Below, piece by piece: positions 41,101 through 53,789 of a DNA stretch of 64,000 nucleotides (its first letter is position 1; each line of letters begins with the position of its first letter). The translations under genes and the position numbers were made by a program. A model generated the notes under the pieces. It had not been told where the DNA came from. It did no database searches and was given only the letters and a program-made list of their open reading frames with translations. Source of the DNA: the human T2T-CHM13v2.0 reference genome, Homo sapiens; assembly GCF_009914755.1 (NCBI RefSeq), contig NC_060947.1. One strand, given 5' to 3'.

Positions 41101-43694
41101 ACCAAGTATTCTTTTCTCTATGGTTATGTCCTCTGTTTCTAGAAATCGCCTCTCTCCATGTGTGGATTTGCAATCCAGGCTTTGATATTCGACAGCTTTA
41201 AGCTCAAACGTGCAAGCGAGGGTTCCAGCAGTGGACAGAGGATAGCTTTTGGATTTCAAAATAAACATTTGGACAGGCATTCTAGTTTTCATGTATTCAC
41301 TCACAATGAATTCATCTCCCCCAATGCACTCCCATCATCAATCTGGAGGATTTTCATTGACCAGCAGCTCCTGCAGGACAGGTAGCAGATCTTTCAGAAT
41401 CATCTAAGACCAGAGCAGTGGGCCACATGCAGGAGCCTCACCAACACTTCAGCTCCTGCTTCAGCAGGAGCACCCTGTCTGATAGCCAGGGAAGGAGGAA
41501 TGTAGGTCAGGGAGTCCCTCTCTGGGATGGGCCAGAGTCTGCTTCAATAATCAGGTCGGGGGGAAGGGCTTCTTTTCCCAGTGGTTCTGCTGGATGCAAC
41601 GTTGCTCCTCAGGCAAACATAAAGGAAAACAGATTTTGCCCCAAAGTGACCTTTGGGCAATAGCATTACAAGAGATGGTAAGATTACAGTGACAGTATTA
41701 TATCTGACATCCCATAGGGACATATTTTGAAAGTCTTAAATCTTTAAATAAATATTTACGATGATAAAAATGTTATCTCTAAGCAAGAGTTCCAGACTTT
41801 ATTTTTTAAAAATGTACTTGAATCATTGAATCTAAGCAATTCTGAATATTCATAAATCCCCCAACCATTTTCTTAAGGATTTAATCTATTATTTAGAACG
41901 AAACTTTATATTTAAAACAGGAAATATCAGTGCTTAATGTGGTGTGATACACACGAGTTATTTCAGTTGATCAGGTTTACTGTTAATTGGGTCAGTGGCA
42001 TTAATCCTCAGGCATGCAAATACTTTGCCAAAGAAACACAAACAACTAAAACTCATAGGCACATAAATGACAGCAAAAGAAGAACTCTTCAAATTGTTCA
42101 CAGTTTTGCTAGTTTAACAAGATGAACTAGTCATGGTATGATGAAGATTAGGAGTTGCAAACTTTGCATAGCCTGCTTAAAATGTAAAAATAAATTCTAA
42201 GTGAAGGCAGCCAGGTAAGTGCTTCCATTAAGGTACAGGGATCTGTCCATTCACAGAGATCTGGAGATTTATTAGGAAATAGGGACTTCAAGGTGCTCAG
42301 CTGGGATACCTAGTACTCAGCAAGACAGTTACATAAACATGAACCAATAGTCAAGTATTTATTTTATTTTCACTGCTTGTCATCCCTTCTAGAAGTCTTC
42401 CTTTGCCATCCTAGGGCATTTTATGACAGTGGTTCAAGGCATTACTCAACATTTAACTGGGACTAGTCCAATATGTTGGTGGTGATCATAAAATGCATAC
42501 TCTCAGGCAAGGCAAATTTTCCTAACATGGGTTTAGCTAAAGAATCAGAACTTTTCTCCACACTCAAAATGAGCAGTAATAAAAGCTGAAGGTCATCAGA
42601 CATTTGAGGATAAGCAGAGATAAATTATTATAGAAAAGCACTGGGTTCTTTTGCAATATAGTATCATTACCATCATCACTGTCATCATCACCATTATTGC
42701 TACCATCATATACAATTGATAGTACAATAAATGGGAGAAGTTGAATTAAAAATAATTTTGGTAATAACTATTAAATCTTTACAATTCATATACCATTTGA
42801 GTCAGCAATTTCTCTCCAAAATATCTATCCTGAAGAAATACACATGCAAAAAAAGCATGCAAAAGCTTAATATTATAAAATGTCAATCCTTGCCAATAAA
42901 AGTCCAGTGAAAGTCCAAATATGATTTATTTTGGGCAAATTGGCAAACGGACTCTAAAGTTTACATAGAAATATTGTTTAAAACAAGGAAAAACTGCAAA
43001 CTCCCTAAGTAATTTCGAAGACAAATTCATTTAACAAATGTTTATCAAGTGCCTATTATGTACCAAGTATTGCTTTAGCCAAAGGGATAATTAAATAAAA
43101 CTTTGGTATGCACCTATGATAGAGCACTAGGCTGAATATAATAAGAAAATATTTATATAGAAAAAAAGAAAATAATTTATATAGAAAAGAAAATAATATA
43201 AAAGTACACTTAACAGATGTGAAAAAATGTGCAAGACATGCTGTGAAGTTAAAAAATCAGTACAATATATGCAAAAATGCTATTTTTAAAAAATTTATCT
43301 TGATCTGAGCATATAAATATATAAATGCACAGAAAATAACTAGTAAAACATGTTATTAACAGGAGATGGATGATTACTTCTGGAGAGAAAAGTGGAATTG
43401 AGTTGAGTCATGGAAAGCTTTGGTTTTGTATAATACTTGGATTTTTACCAGAAGAATGTACTTATCATATGTGCACCTGAAATACATCGGGCTACCTGAA
43501 AAGCACTGATAAAACATTCCTTGGGACAATCTGGCCTAGAATAAACTGCACTTAATATAATGTTTTCAAAAACTTTCATATCATTGCTAGTCATTTTTCT
43601 AGGAGTTTAAATTCTGTAGACTGATTGTAGACAAAGTTTATTTATTTATTTAATTATCTAGTGGTGGAGGGGGTCACTGAAAAGTAACTATAAT

Positions 43695-43777
43695 TTTTTA
43701 AAGACTTATTTTAGAGTAGTTCTAGGTTCACAGCAAAATTAAGAGGAAGACACAGAGATTATCCATATACCCCTGCA
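43695..43777 (-). mobile_element. L1MB 3' terminal fragment
   Basis: ttttagagtagttctaggttcacagcaaaattaagaggaagacacagaga...atatacccctgc. Confidence 0.65.
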
Positions 43778-43899
43778 AAATGTATTTTTATTGGAAGAAA
43801 AGGCAGGAGGGCAGATAGGTTAGAGAGAGAACAAACTCGGATGATGTTTACCATCAGTCAAACTTGGATTCTAATCTTTATTCTGGTGCCTGGTAAACA

Positions 43900-44430
43900 T
43901 GTGTACCCTCAGAATGTACGCTTTTAGTAGAAAATAATAGGACACCTAATAAAATATGGCTTAAACAACAGAGATTTGTTAACTCACACAACCAAAAATC
44001 CAGAAACAGAACAGTGCCAGGCAGGGCAATCTCAACCGCTCTCCCTTGACTTTTTCTTCATGGTTGCAAGGTGGCTGCTGTGGTTCCAAACAAATACTGC
44101 ATCCTCACAAGACAGCAGTCCAATGTAAAAAGGAATGAGGATTTTTATTTATGCAAGTCTTTACTTAATCAGAGAGAACACATTTTTCCAACAGCATCCA
44201 CAAATTTCCCCTTACATTTAGTTGGCCAGAACCAGGTCACATGGCCACATTCAAATCAATCACTGGAAAAGAGGAGGAATACCATGTTTGACTTAAACCC
44301 AATCATATTCCATACCCTGGGGCTGGGCCCTCTTTCCTGAACACAGAACTACGTGATACCTGCAGTAAATCTGGATTCCTCTGTTAACAAAAGAAGAAAA
44401 AAAAAAAGAAATCATCATTGAACACCCAAA
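43900..44430 (-). mobile_element. Old MaLR LTR (MLT1K/L-like)
   Basis: tggcttaaacaa...tcatggttgcaaggtggctgct...ttggccagaaccaggtcacatggccac. Confidence 0.65.
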
Positions 44431-44439
44431 CAACCACAT

Positions 44440-44580
44440 TTGCTACAATAAGTAATTAAATATTCAGTTTGTTCATCTGTAAATTGGGCCAAATGACCTA
44501 TTCTCATAATTGCTTGAAACACTGAGATTGCATATGTAAAGCACTTGACTTATACTAGCTGTCTGATGAATGCCAGTTTT
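44440..44580 (+). mobile_element. MIR SINE
   Basis: tcagtttgttcatctgtaaattggg...atgtaaagcactt. Confidence 0.6.
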
Positions 44581-44711
44581 CTCTCTCCACCTTCTTCCTC
44601 AATAATTCTAACACTATTTCAATAAGGAACAATTATTACAACAGGAGGAGGAAGAGTGAAGGAGCTCAGAACTGGGATTTTCTACACCCAAACAGACAGA
44701 TTATCCTGGAG

Positions 44712-44883
44712 CAGTGGTTCTCAAACTTGATTGTAGACCCCAACACCTGGTGAACCTGTTAAATCACAGATTCCTGGGCCCCATCCCCAGTAGGTCTAGG
44801 GTGGACTCTGAGAATCTGCATTTCTAACAAGATCCCAGGTGATGTTGATGATGTTGTTCAGGACAACTCTTCACAAGCCACTG
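44712..44883. mobile_element. MER5A MITE
   Basis: TIRs CAGTGGTTCTCAAAC...AAGCCACTG. 8-bp TSD TCCTGGAG/CCCTGTAG (6/8). Confidence 0.85.
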
Positions 44884-44896
44884 CCCTGTAGCGAGG

Positions 44897-44924
44897 CATG
44901 AGCCATGAGCCATGAGCCATGAGC
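44897..44924. repeat. (CATGAGC)4 heptamer tandem repeat
   Basis: Four perfect copies. Confidence 0.9.
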
Positions 44925-46204
44925 ATGAATGTTGGCGTCAGTTGTTCTCTGAATCCCCATCAGCGAACTCAGGGCCACGCCAGCCAAGGACACTGGGGAG
45001 CAGAGCTGTGAAACGTATGACATTTCTGAATAGTTTCAGATTATTTCCAGGCTGCAAAACTTCAGACTGAAAGACTTTATTTGGGGATAGGCCCCTTCAG
45101 GTAAGTTTGAAAGAAGAGGAAGGCCACCTACCAACACAAGCCAGCTACATAGTCGCTCACCTGCCAACTTCCCAACAAAGGGAGAACAAAATAACAAACA
45201 CTCAAATTCTAAATGCCTTTAAGGGTTTACAAGTATTTCAAGCAAATTATCCTTCCTTCTTTTATGCCTGAAAAAAACATTTAAGCAGAGACCCCAAGAA
45301 TTTAGGGCTCTTTTGCTTCTTTGCCAAAGGACAGTTCTCCTTGATTGGGCTCCGCACAAAATCCAAGACTGGAGCCCCAGACAAACTGGCTAGACGAGCC
45401 TGCTCTCAATTGCTTTGCCAACAATGGACCAAAGAACTGGATTAGCGAAAAAATTCTTTCTGTAATTTGATGCAACAGATTTTTCAAAACAATATTTTAA
45501 TTTGCATACCAAGCCAAATTCCCTCTCAGAGGAGAGATAGAATGCATTCCATTGTGTAAGACAATACTCATTCATTCCCACGCAATGATGTCAGTGCTCA
45601 GCAAGCAATGCTCTCTCTGCAATTCTATTTCTTGCCTTTAAGTTTCTATTATAAAATTTTTACCACTTCAGAATCATGCATGATATTGCAAATCTTTCTG
45701 TTATCGTTTTTACAAAACCAAAAGAGACAAGGCTGTCACCAACTGCCTCACGCACAATTATTTAATCACTTTTTCCTCTTGGTATGAATAGGATTTCTGA
45801 AATCCATCTTCACCTCCCAGGACTTTCTTCTGATACGAATACTGATTTGGATAGTTTACTTTTGCCAGCTTTTAATGTTCAGGGAGCAGTCTCACTGTTT
45901 GCTGAAATGATAGGAGGCATTTCAGGGTTGTAAGGCTGAACCCTGGCAGGAATTTTGAGGTTAATGGGAAACACACTGGGCATTTTCTTAGGGGAAATAC
46001 TCTGGCACAGGGAAGATTAAAGACAAAATGCATTCTAACACATAAATGATATAAAATGGCGTGAAGTAGCATAGCATGGCAGGGAGATTTTGGCAAGAGC
46101 TTGTTCATATGATTACATGAAAGATACCAAGTTAAAAAAAACACAATATTCTCTCTCTCTCTCTCCCCCGCCCCCCAACAAACCTGCCTGCCTGCCTATT
46201 TTTT

Positions 46205-46858
46205 TCGAGTTTTATTTTAGACTCAGAGAATACATGTGCAGGTTTGTTACCTGGGTATACTGTGTGATGCTGAGGCTCAGGGTACAAATGATTCTGTCAC
46301 CCCAGGTACTAAGCATAGTACCTGATATGGTTTGGTTCTGTGTCCCCACCCAAATCTCACCTTGAATTGTAGTCCCCATAATCTCCATGTGTCAAAAGCA
46401 GGACCAGGTAGAGGTAATTGAATCATGGGGGTGGTTTCCCCATGCTGTTCTCATGATAATGAGTGAGTCTCACATCTGATGGTTTTATAGGTGCCTGGCA
46501 TTTCCCCTGCTTGCACTTATTCTCTCTCCTGCCACCCTGTGAAGAGGTACCTTCCACCATGATTGTAAGTTTCTTAAGGCCTCCCCAGCCATCCGGAACT
46601 GTGAGTCAATTAAACTCTTTCCTTTGTAAATTACCCAGTCTTGGGTATTTCTTCACAGCAGTGTGAGAAAGGACTAATACAGTATACAGTAGTTAGTTTT
46701 TCAACCCTTTCCCTATTCCCTCCCTCCCCTCTCTAGTAATTCCCAGTTTGTATTGCTGCCATCTTTATGTCCATGAATACCCCATGTTTAGCTCCCACTT
46801 ATAAGTGAAAACACATGCTATTTAGTTTTCTGCTCCTGCATTAATTTGCTTAGGATAA
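46205..46858 (-). mobile_element. L1PA15/16-like 3'UTR fragment interrupted by a THE1 LTR
   Basis: tacatgtgcaggtttgttacctgggtata...ctaagcatagtacc | agttagtttttcaaccc...gtttagctcccacttataagtg. Confidence 0.85.
46323..46681 (+). mobile_element. MaLR solo LTR (THE1D/MSTA-like)
   Basis: TGATATGGTTTGG...ccaaatctcaccttgaattgta...GGACTAATACA. Confidence 0.9.
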
Positions 46859-47179
46859 ACTGGATACCTATTACATATCCCAAAATTTTAATATTAAAGA
46901 AAAAAATTGAATTTCTATTTGAACTCCAACTGTGTGCTACTTCTTTTAATTGTGAAAAGCTTGAAAAATATGGAACAGTGAAGAAAAGAAAATAATACAG
47001 TATCAACCAGCCAAAATTAGCAACTACTCACATCTATTCAATATAACTTAGCTATTTTTAAAATAAAAAAGAGCAGTTTAATTTTTAAAAACCCTTGATT
47101 TTTTTTTGTGCCCCATTTGCCTTTTCATTATTTAACTTGTTGGGTACTCTTCCAGTACACAGGTTTTTAATTTTATTTC

Positions 47180-47680
47180 ATATACATCTTAATCCCATAA
47201 TATATCCCAAAACAATACATAATATAGTCTTGTATGTTTTCTAGTATCTACATAAATGCTATTGCAAATAGTATTTATGATACTGAAACTTTATTTTTTT
47301 CATTCAGTGTTATACTTTTGAGTCCATCTTTTTTGATACATATAAATCTAGGTTATTTTTAATGATAGCATAACATTCCATTCTATGACTACACTACAGT
47401 TTATCTTTTAGTCAGCTAATGAAACCTTCAGCTGTTTTCCATTTTTCACCATTACAAACAGTACTACAATGAACAGTATTGTCCGTGTTTCCTAGGCACT
47501 AGGGGAAGAGGTTTTCTTGGGACTATATTAAGGACAGAACTGCTTGATCGGAACATCTGCATATTTTCAGCTGTGCTAGATATTATCAAAATGTTCTCCA
47601 GAGAGGTGATAGCAATTGGTATTCCAATTGGCAGCACTGACAGTTTCTGTTTTCCCTAATTCTTGTCAAAACCCTAACTA
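47180..47680 (-). mobile_element. L1ME 3' fragment
   Basis: ccattacaaacagtactacaatgaaca...aaaatgttctccagagaggt. Confidence 0.55.
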
Positions 47681-47859
47681 TATCTTTCTTAAAGTATTCC
47701 ATTCACCCAAGGGTCCCTGGTAAACAACCAAGGTGAGTTTTCTACCCACACCTGGGATGACACTGCAAGCAAATGTCTCTTCCTCTGCTCCCCACCCCCA
47801 GCATAGAAACAGAGTGTCTCTTTTGTGTAGAAAACTGCTTTCCCACACAGTAGGGTTAT

Positions 47860-48870
47860 TAGTCATGAAGCTATGAAGGAGTTTCTCTCTATGTACAGTG
47901 ATTGATCCAAGGGTTGGTATCAGAACATGGCCAATCAGACTTTCTCTTTTGGGGTTAATATGTGCAATGGGAGAGAAAATATCTGCCTTCTTTAAAGAAC
48001 TGTAGGAGTGAGGACCAAGTTGTTTTTGCTCACCTAAGGATGAAGCCATGGAGAGGAAAAAGGAATCAAGATTATAGAAATTCCACCCCTTGGTATATGC
48101 CCAATTGAATTGAAAACAGAAACTCAAACAGTTATTTGTACACCAATGTCCACTTCAGCATTATTCACAGTAGCCAAAAGATGGAAACAACCCAAATATC
48201 TATCTACCAATGGATGAATAAACAAAATGCGGTATAGACATATAATGAAATATTACTCCACCACAAAATGAAATAAAGTACTGATTCATGCTACAACATG
48301 GATGAACCTTAAAAACATTATGCTAAGTGAAATAAGCCATACTCAAAAGGACAAATATTGTATAATTCCACTTATATGAAATATCTAGAATAGGCAAATG
48401 CATAATGACAGAAAGTACATTAGAGGTTGCTGGGGCTTGGGGAGGGGGGAGTTGGGAAGTTAATGCTTAATGGGTATGCAGTTTCTGTTTGGTATGATGG
48501 AAAAGATTTGGAAACAAATAGTCACGATGGTTTCATAACATTGCTAATATAATTAATGCCATTGGATTATACACTTAAAAATGATTAAAATAGCATTTCA
48601 TGTTATATGTATATATTTTATCACAATAAAACATTTAAAAAGGCACAAGACTACTGAAAATTTAAAAAGGAAAAAAGATTAGATGGATAGATAGATATAC
48701 AGACAAACAGAAAGACACATATGTATATCTCCTTACCACATCATTTGACTCCCTGGATCATACCATGCCTGAAGTCTGCACTAATTCTTTTAACTTTCAG
48801 TTACATAAACCAATACATTTTACTTTTAAATCTATTTTGAATTGGCTGGCACTAGAAACTTAAATAATTC
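47860..48870 (+). mobile_element. Old MLT1 LTR split by an L1MB
   Basis: cagtgattgatccaaggg...ggccaatcaga on the left; ccctggatcataccatgcctgaag...ttcagttacataaaccaataca on the right. Confidence 0.5.
48075..48640 (+). mobile_element. L1MB 3' end
   Basis: cagcattattcacagtagccaaaagatggaaacaaccc...gctacaacatggatgaacctt...ttttatcacaataaaa. Confidence 0.85.
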
Positions 48871-49010
48871 TGGATCCTGTTATTTCAGGCATAATAGTGT
48901 ACAGTTAGGAAGGAAAAGGATATATCTTGACATCTGTTTAGGTTCTAAAAATTTTATATAAACCCCTGATATTAGCAGAAAATCAACCAAATCTTATTCT
49001 AGTCTAGTCA

Positions 49011-49014
<4 letters not shown>

Positions 49015-49052
<38 letters not shown>
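49015..49052. repeat. (TG)19 microsatellite
   Basis: Read directly from the sequence. Confidence 0.95.
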
Positions 49053-49058
<6 letters not shown>

Positions 49059-51307
49059 AGCAGAAGCTGGTAATAGCTCGGATAAACATGATTTCATAAG
49101 TTCATTTAGCTGCTTGTTACGGGTCTAGCCCAACCATAGTTTTTCCAGATACATTTCTCCTCTGGTTAATGGGCTAAAAAGAATTAAGTGACAAACTGAA
49201 GGGGATAAAGGAGAAGAGAGTCCACAAGGATGAGAAGATGAAGAGTAAAAGTGATTATTTTATTCTGCTACCAAACAGAAAATGAAATGATCCAAAATTC
49301 TAAGGCAAAAATAATTCTCATATTTTAAGCATTTGTATTGACCTGGAGAGTGGGTGCTCCCTTTTCAAAAGTCACCATCTCTTTTAGAAGATACCAGGAG
49401 TCTCCTCCTTTTTTATAAAGGCAACTAATCATTATTCTCCTGATTTCACCTGTCCTTTATAGTAAAGAAATTGACAAGGCCTCAGTGGAAAAAAAAAGAA
49501 GAAGGGGCAAGGAAAGGAAGGAAGGAAGGAAGAGAACACCTCCTTGATTTTTATTTTCCTTTAGTTTGACGTTTCTGTCTTCACATAAGTATAGCAACAG
49601 ACAACATAAATATAGATAGAACAAAATAATTAAGGATTCACAAAACTAGATAGGTAATTTTTGCTTTGAATGAATTATTGAAAACAAAAACAATTATACT
49701 TTGAATCTAACAGTTTCTTCTTTTCAGAAATTACACATACAGCAACTGGTAGACTGGCTTGTAATCTTGGTCATGATATGACAGAATGAAGCAAAAAATA
49801 AAATAAATAAATTTGCAAAGAGATAAGCTGTAGCCTTAAAAGTATTATTTATTGTAGAATTTCCTTAAGGACTTAAATATGAGTGGTGCACAACAAAGTT
49901 GTAAGAGATCCCAAAATAATTGAGTGTTATAAAAATCGCAGAAATGCAACAGTCTTCAGGACAGGCAAGAAAGAGAGAATGGATTTGTGTGTATGCAGTA
50001 GGGAGAGAGATGCAAACTGGCAGATGCTAGTGACTCCAATAGGCAAAATCTGATAGTAAATAATAGGTCACATTTTTTTTATAAGTGTTTCCACAATGGC
50101 CAGGTTTCAGAAATGCAAATTCAAAAGGAAATTGGGTAAAATACAATAAAAACGAATTATTTGTTCAACATGAAAAGAAAAATGCAAAGAGAAGAAATAC
50201 TGCAACATTATGAAAGTTGAAACATTATTTTTCCCCTGAATTTCTTTTTTTTTGGCTCTGAAATAGTTCCATAAGGATTGAAAGAAGGGGGAGGAAAAAG
50301 GAAGCAGGGGATCTCATTGAAAAACAAACAGGGTTTCCAAAATTCATTTATGCTTCTCTTCATCCAGTTTAGTCCTTTTTCCCTCTCTTTAAATGCTTAC
50401 ATGGGTGCTTTTTCTGCCTGGTATTCATAAGCAAGACATTTTGAAATATGTAGCTTCATACCAATAACAGGGTGGGGTGGGACACCACACAAAGGAGCTT
50501 GCCTTCCAAATACAAGCACAAGGAACTGCCTCTTGAAACCTGTAACATTTCCAACTCTGGGCAGGCACAGCTGGCTTCATGTGTCAGTGCTAGGTAAGAC
50601 CTTCCAAAAGGAAGCAACATGAATGGACTACAATGTATAGTCCATATCTTTTTATAACACAATTGAAAATATTAGCTGATTTTTCCACGTCTGACATTGT
50701 GTGGGTTTTCAGTATGCTTCACCTTCATGGTAGTTAGTTCAGTTGAATGAATAATGCCATAGTTAGAGGAAAAAATTATTCAGCAGAAAGGAGGGACAAG
50801 TAGGGGATAGGAGGGATAAATGACATGGAAAGTCATTTGATATTCCCAGTTAAGCTTCAGAATTGGGGTTTTGAGGATAATTCCAAACAAAATCCAGACA
50901 TTGGTTTGGAAAGTGTTTCTTTAATCTGTGTTCTACTTCTGTGGCATTGCAATGAATGTTATCCCAAAACTGTAAATGCTTTCTTCAAACCAAATTTCCT
51001 GTGAATTGGCAACAATCAAAGTTTAATTGGAGACAATGCAATTAATGTTGAGAAGGATATATTTGCTCTGAAACTTCTGGAGGAAAACCTATTCTGGTTT
51101 GGTAAAATAAAATATGAACCACAGTCATAAATGATTCATCCTCCAAGGTAGTTCTATGATACATTTGAGGGCTCCTTTAAATACTGACATTTTCCCTTGT
51201 AATATTAGGCTATAATAATTAAATGTGTTTCAGGGAGTTGGATTCCTTATCTAACATTTATTTTAATTCAAAGTCATGGTCTTAATTTCCTTTGCACAGC
51301 TCTGAAT

Positions 51308-51780
51308 TGAGGTAGGAGGCGGGACTTGACTTTGGAGATGGGGCTCTCAGACCCCAGACGAAATTGAGGACTAGCTAAAACAGGGATGGGGTGGAAGCAG
51401 CTTTCCACATGACATGCCCACAGTGTGCCACATCAGCTTACCATTGCCATGGCAACACCCAGTTGTTACCACCCCCTTCCATGGCAATAACCCAATGACC
51501 TGGAAGTTACCACCCCTTTTCTAGAAATTTCTGCATAATCTGCCCCTTATTTTGCATATAATTAAAAGTGGGTATAAATATGACTACAGAACTGCCTCCA
51601 AGCTGCTACTCTGGGCACACTACCTATGGGATGGCCCTGCTCTGCAAGAAGCAGTACCTCTGCTGCTTCAATAAAAGTTACTGTCTAACACGACTGGTTA
51701 ACCCTTGAATTCTTTCCTGGACATAGGCAAGAATCCTCCTAGGCTAAGCCCCAATTTGGGGGCTCACCTACCTTGCATCA
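51308..51780 (+). mobile_element. MER66B-like solo LTR (ERV1)
   Basis: TGAGGTAGGAGGCGGGACT...aattgaggactagctaaaacaggg; TATAAA at ~51573; AATAAA at ~51670; ends ...TGCATCA. Confidence 0.82.
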
Positions 51781-51879
51781 TCACCTCATTTTCTCTTCAT
51801 TTAAGCAGATAGGTTACTGCTTCTATTCATTGGCTCACTATTTAGAAGCAGAGAGCGATGAAATTGTTTCATATGTACA

Positions 51880-52040
51880 TCAATGACTATCATTTGTTAA
51901 ACAGGCATTCTAGCTGCTTTGTATATTACCTAATTTAATCCTCAAGGCAGTGTTTTCATTGTCATTTCAGAGGAAAAAAACAAGTTTCTGAGGTATTGAA
52001 AAACTTGACTGAGGCTAGATTCAAACCCAGAACTGGTACC
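51880..52040 (-). mobile_element. MIR SINE
   Basis: taatttaatcctca...gattcaaacccag. Confidence 0.55.
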
Positions 52041-53239
52041 ACCACAGTTCTCACTGCACGCAATTTTCACTGTGCTATGCTATCTCCAAGTGAAAGAAGT
52101 TGGCAATGCCATCATAAAGAGGACTATGTGAAACTACCAACTAAATGTTCATTGAGGATGAACAGAACAAGCTATATCAGATTAAAGATTTTTTCTAAAA
52201 TTTTACCAACAAGAGCTTTAAAAAACATTCTAGAACTGTAACCCCCCTTAATCCTAAATCACTAATATTAGTTTATCTACATTTAAACTATTGGAGGTTT
52301 AATTTTTAATATCCTAATTAAGTGCTTATTAGCATTTTTAGAAATATAGTATTTACTACTTAATAAAATTAATAAAAATTGAAAGTATAAGCAAACTTTA
52401 AGTTTTCAATAAAATACTTATATTGGACCTGAAGAATATTTCCTACAAGAAATCGAACATGGTCTTGTCATCATCCTTATGCCTGTTTTTCTCTTTACTT
52501 CTGAGAAGATCTGGTAATTTATAACAGAACAATATTGAGAAACAGAGGAGGAGAAGCAGTTGTGTTTAACCTGAGAATAAATCAGCACACTCCTGCCACC
52601 ACTGTCCAGCAGCCCTGCTGGTGTCCAGGAGAGGTGCTGGGAATATTTCAGATGCACTGCCTAATGTGGTGAAATTGTATCTCCAACTCATAAATGCTGA
52701 ATTAGCTACCTCATCTCTCTTTCTGGTATTTCACAGAGGAGAAAAGTGAAAACAAGGTGTCCTTAGATCAGACCTGGGAAAAAAAGAGGAGGACTTGTTC
52801 ACCAACTTAAGAATCTGAAAAAAGGTATATTTCTTTTTATTGAATAGGGAGTTATAAATATATCTATAAATAAACATTTTTATGTGATTGAAATATTAAC
52901 TATCACCAGACTACAATGTGGTATCTTTTTAGCAGACAGTAACACATATTTGAAACAAGGTTCTCAAATGCCATTGTGATTTTCACAATTCTAATAATGA
53001 AGTTCTGTTCTATCTTGTATGTTTCCCCAAATGATAGCCCCAAAAGATAATTTGTAACAACATATAGAGCTTACAGTATGCAAATTAAAGTGGAATAATA
53101 TTCAAGCACCTTTCCCATGTAAGTCCAAATCCATCCCTCCATATTTTCTTGTGTATGATTGAAATGATCTTATTAGATCTTAAGAACATAAAATGAGGTA
53201 AAGTGTGATCATCATAGGAAGCATATAATATTAAGGTAT

Positions 53240-53760
53240 ATGCATTTTTAAATAATATTCTGATTCCTCCAAAATCCCACAATTTTGTTAACAGTCTGGT
53301 ATACATTTTTCTACATCTCTCTCTACATCTTTCTCAGGCCCACTGTAACATGTACCTACATTAAAAAAAAAAAAACTTTTTACAAACTTTAAAAAAATAG
53401 GACTCTATTACTCTACAATTTGCTTCTATCATTTACCAAAAAATCTTTGATATATTTCTGATTAATACATGAAAGGATTAATTATATTTTAATGGTTACC
53501 TAATGCTTCACAGTATGAATATATAGTAATTTATTAAAATGTTCATACTTTTATAGGCACTTTGGCTATTTCTAGTAATAAACTTCTATGAACAATAATT
53601 TCTAGTAATTTCTTCCATAAACAATGCTACAGTAAACATCCCTTGCTCTATATATACATCTATTTGTAATTTTATTTCTGGATAAATAAGTCTCCAAATT
53701 AGGAGTATTGGGTAAAAGTGTATGTCCATTTTAAAATTAATAGATACTGCCAAAAATCAA
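53240..53760 (-). mobile_element. L1ME 3' fragment
   Basis: ataaacaatgctacagtaaacatcc...attgggtaaaagtgtatgtccatttt...agatactgcc. Confidence 0.6.
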
Positions 53761-53789
53761 TAGCGATTTATGCTTGGCTTAATGTGGAT

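Noticed and set aside
43143-43196. AAGAAAATA(A)TTTATATAGAAAA repeated
   Set aside because: Low-complexity AT slippage inside an old L1.
48972-49065. TTAGCAGAA flanking the (TG)19 region as a TSD
   Set aside because: Only 9 bp, and no insertion hallmarks between the copies.
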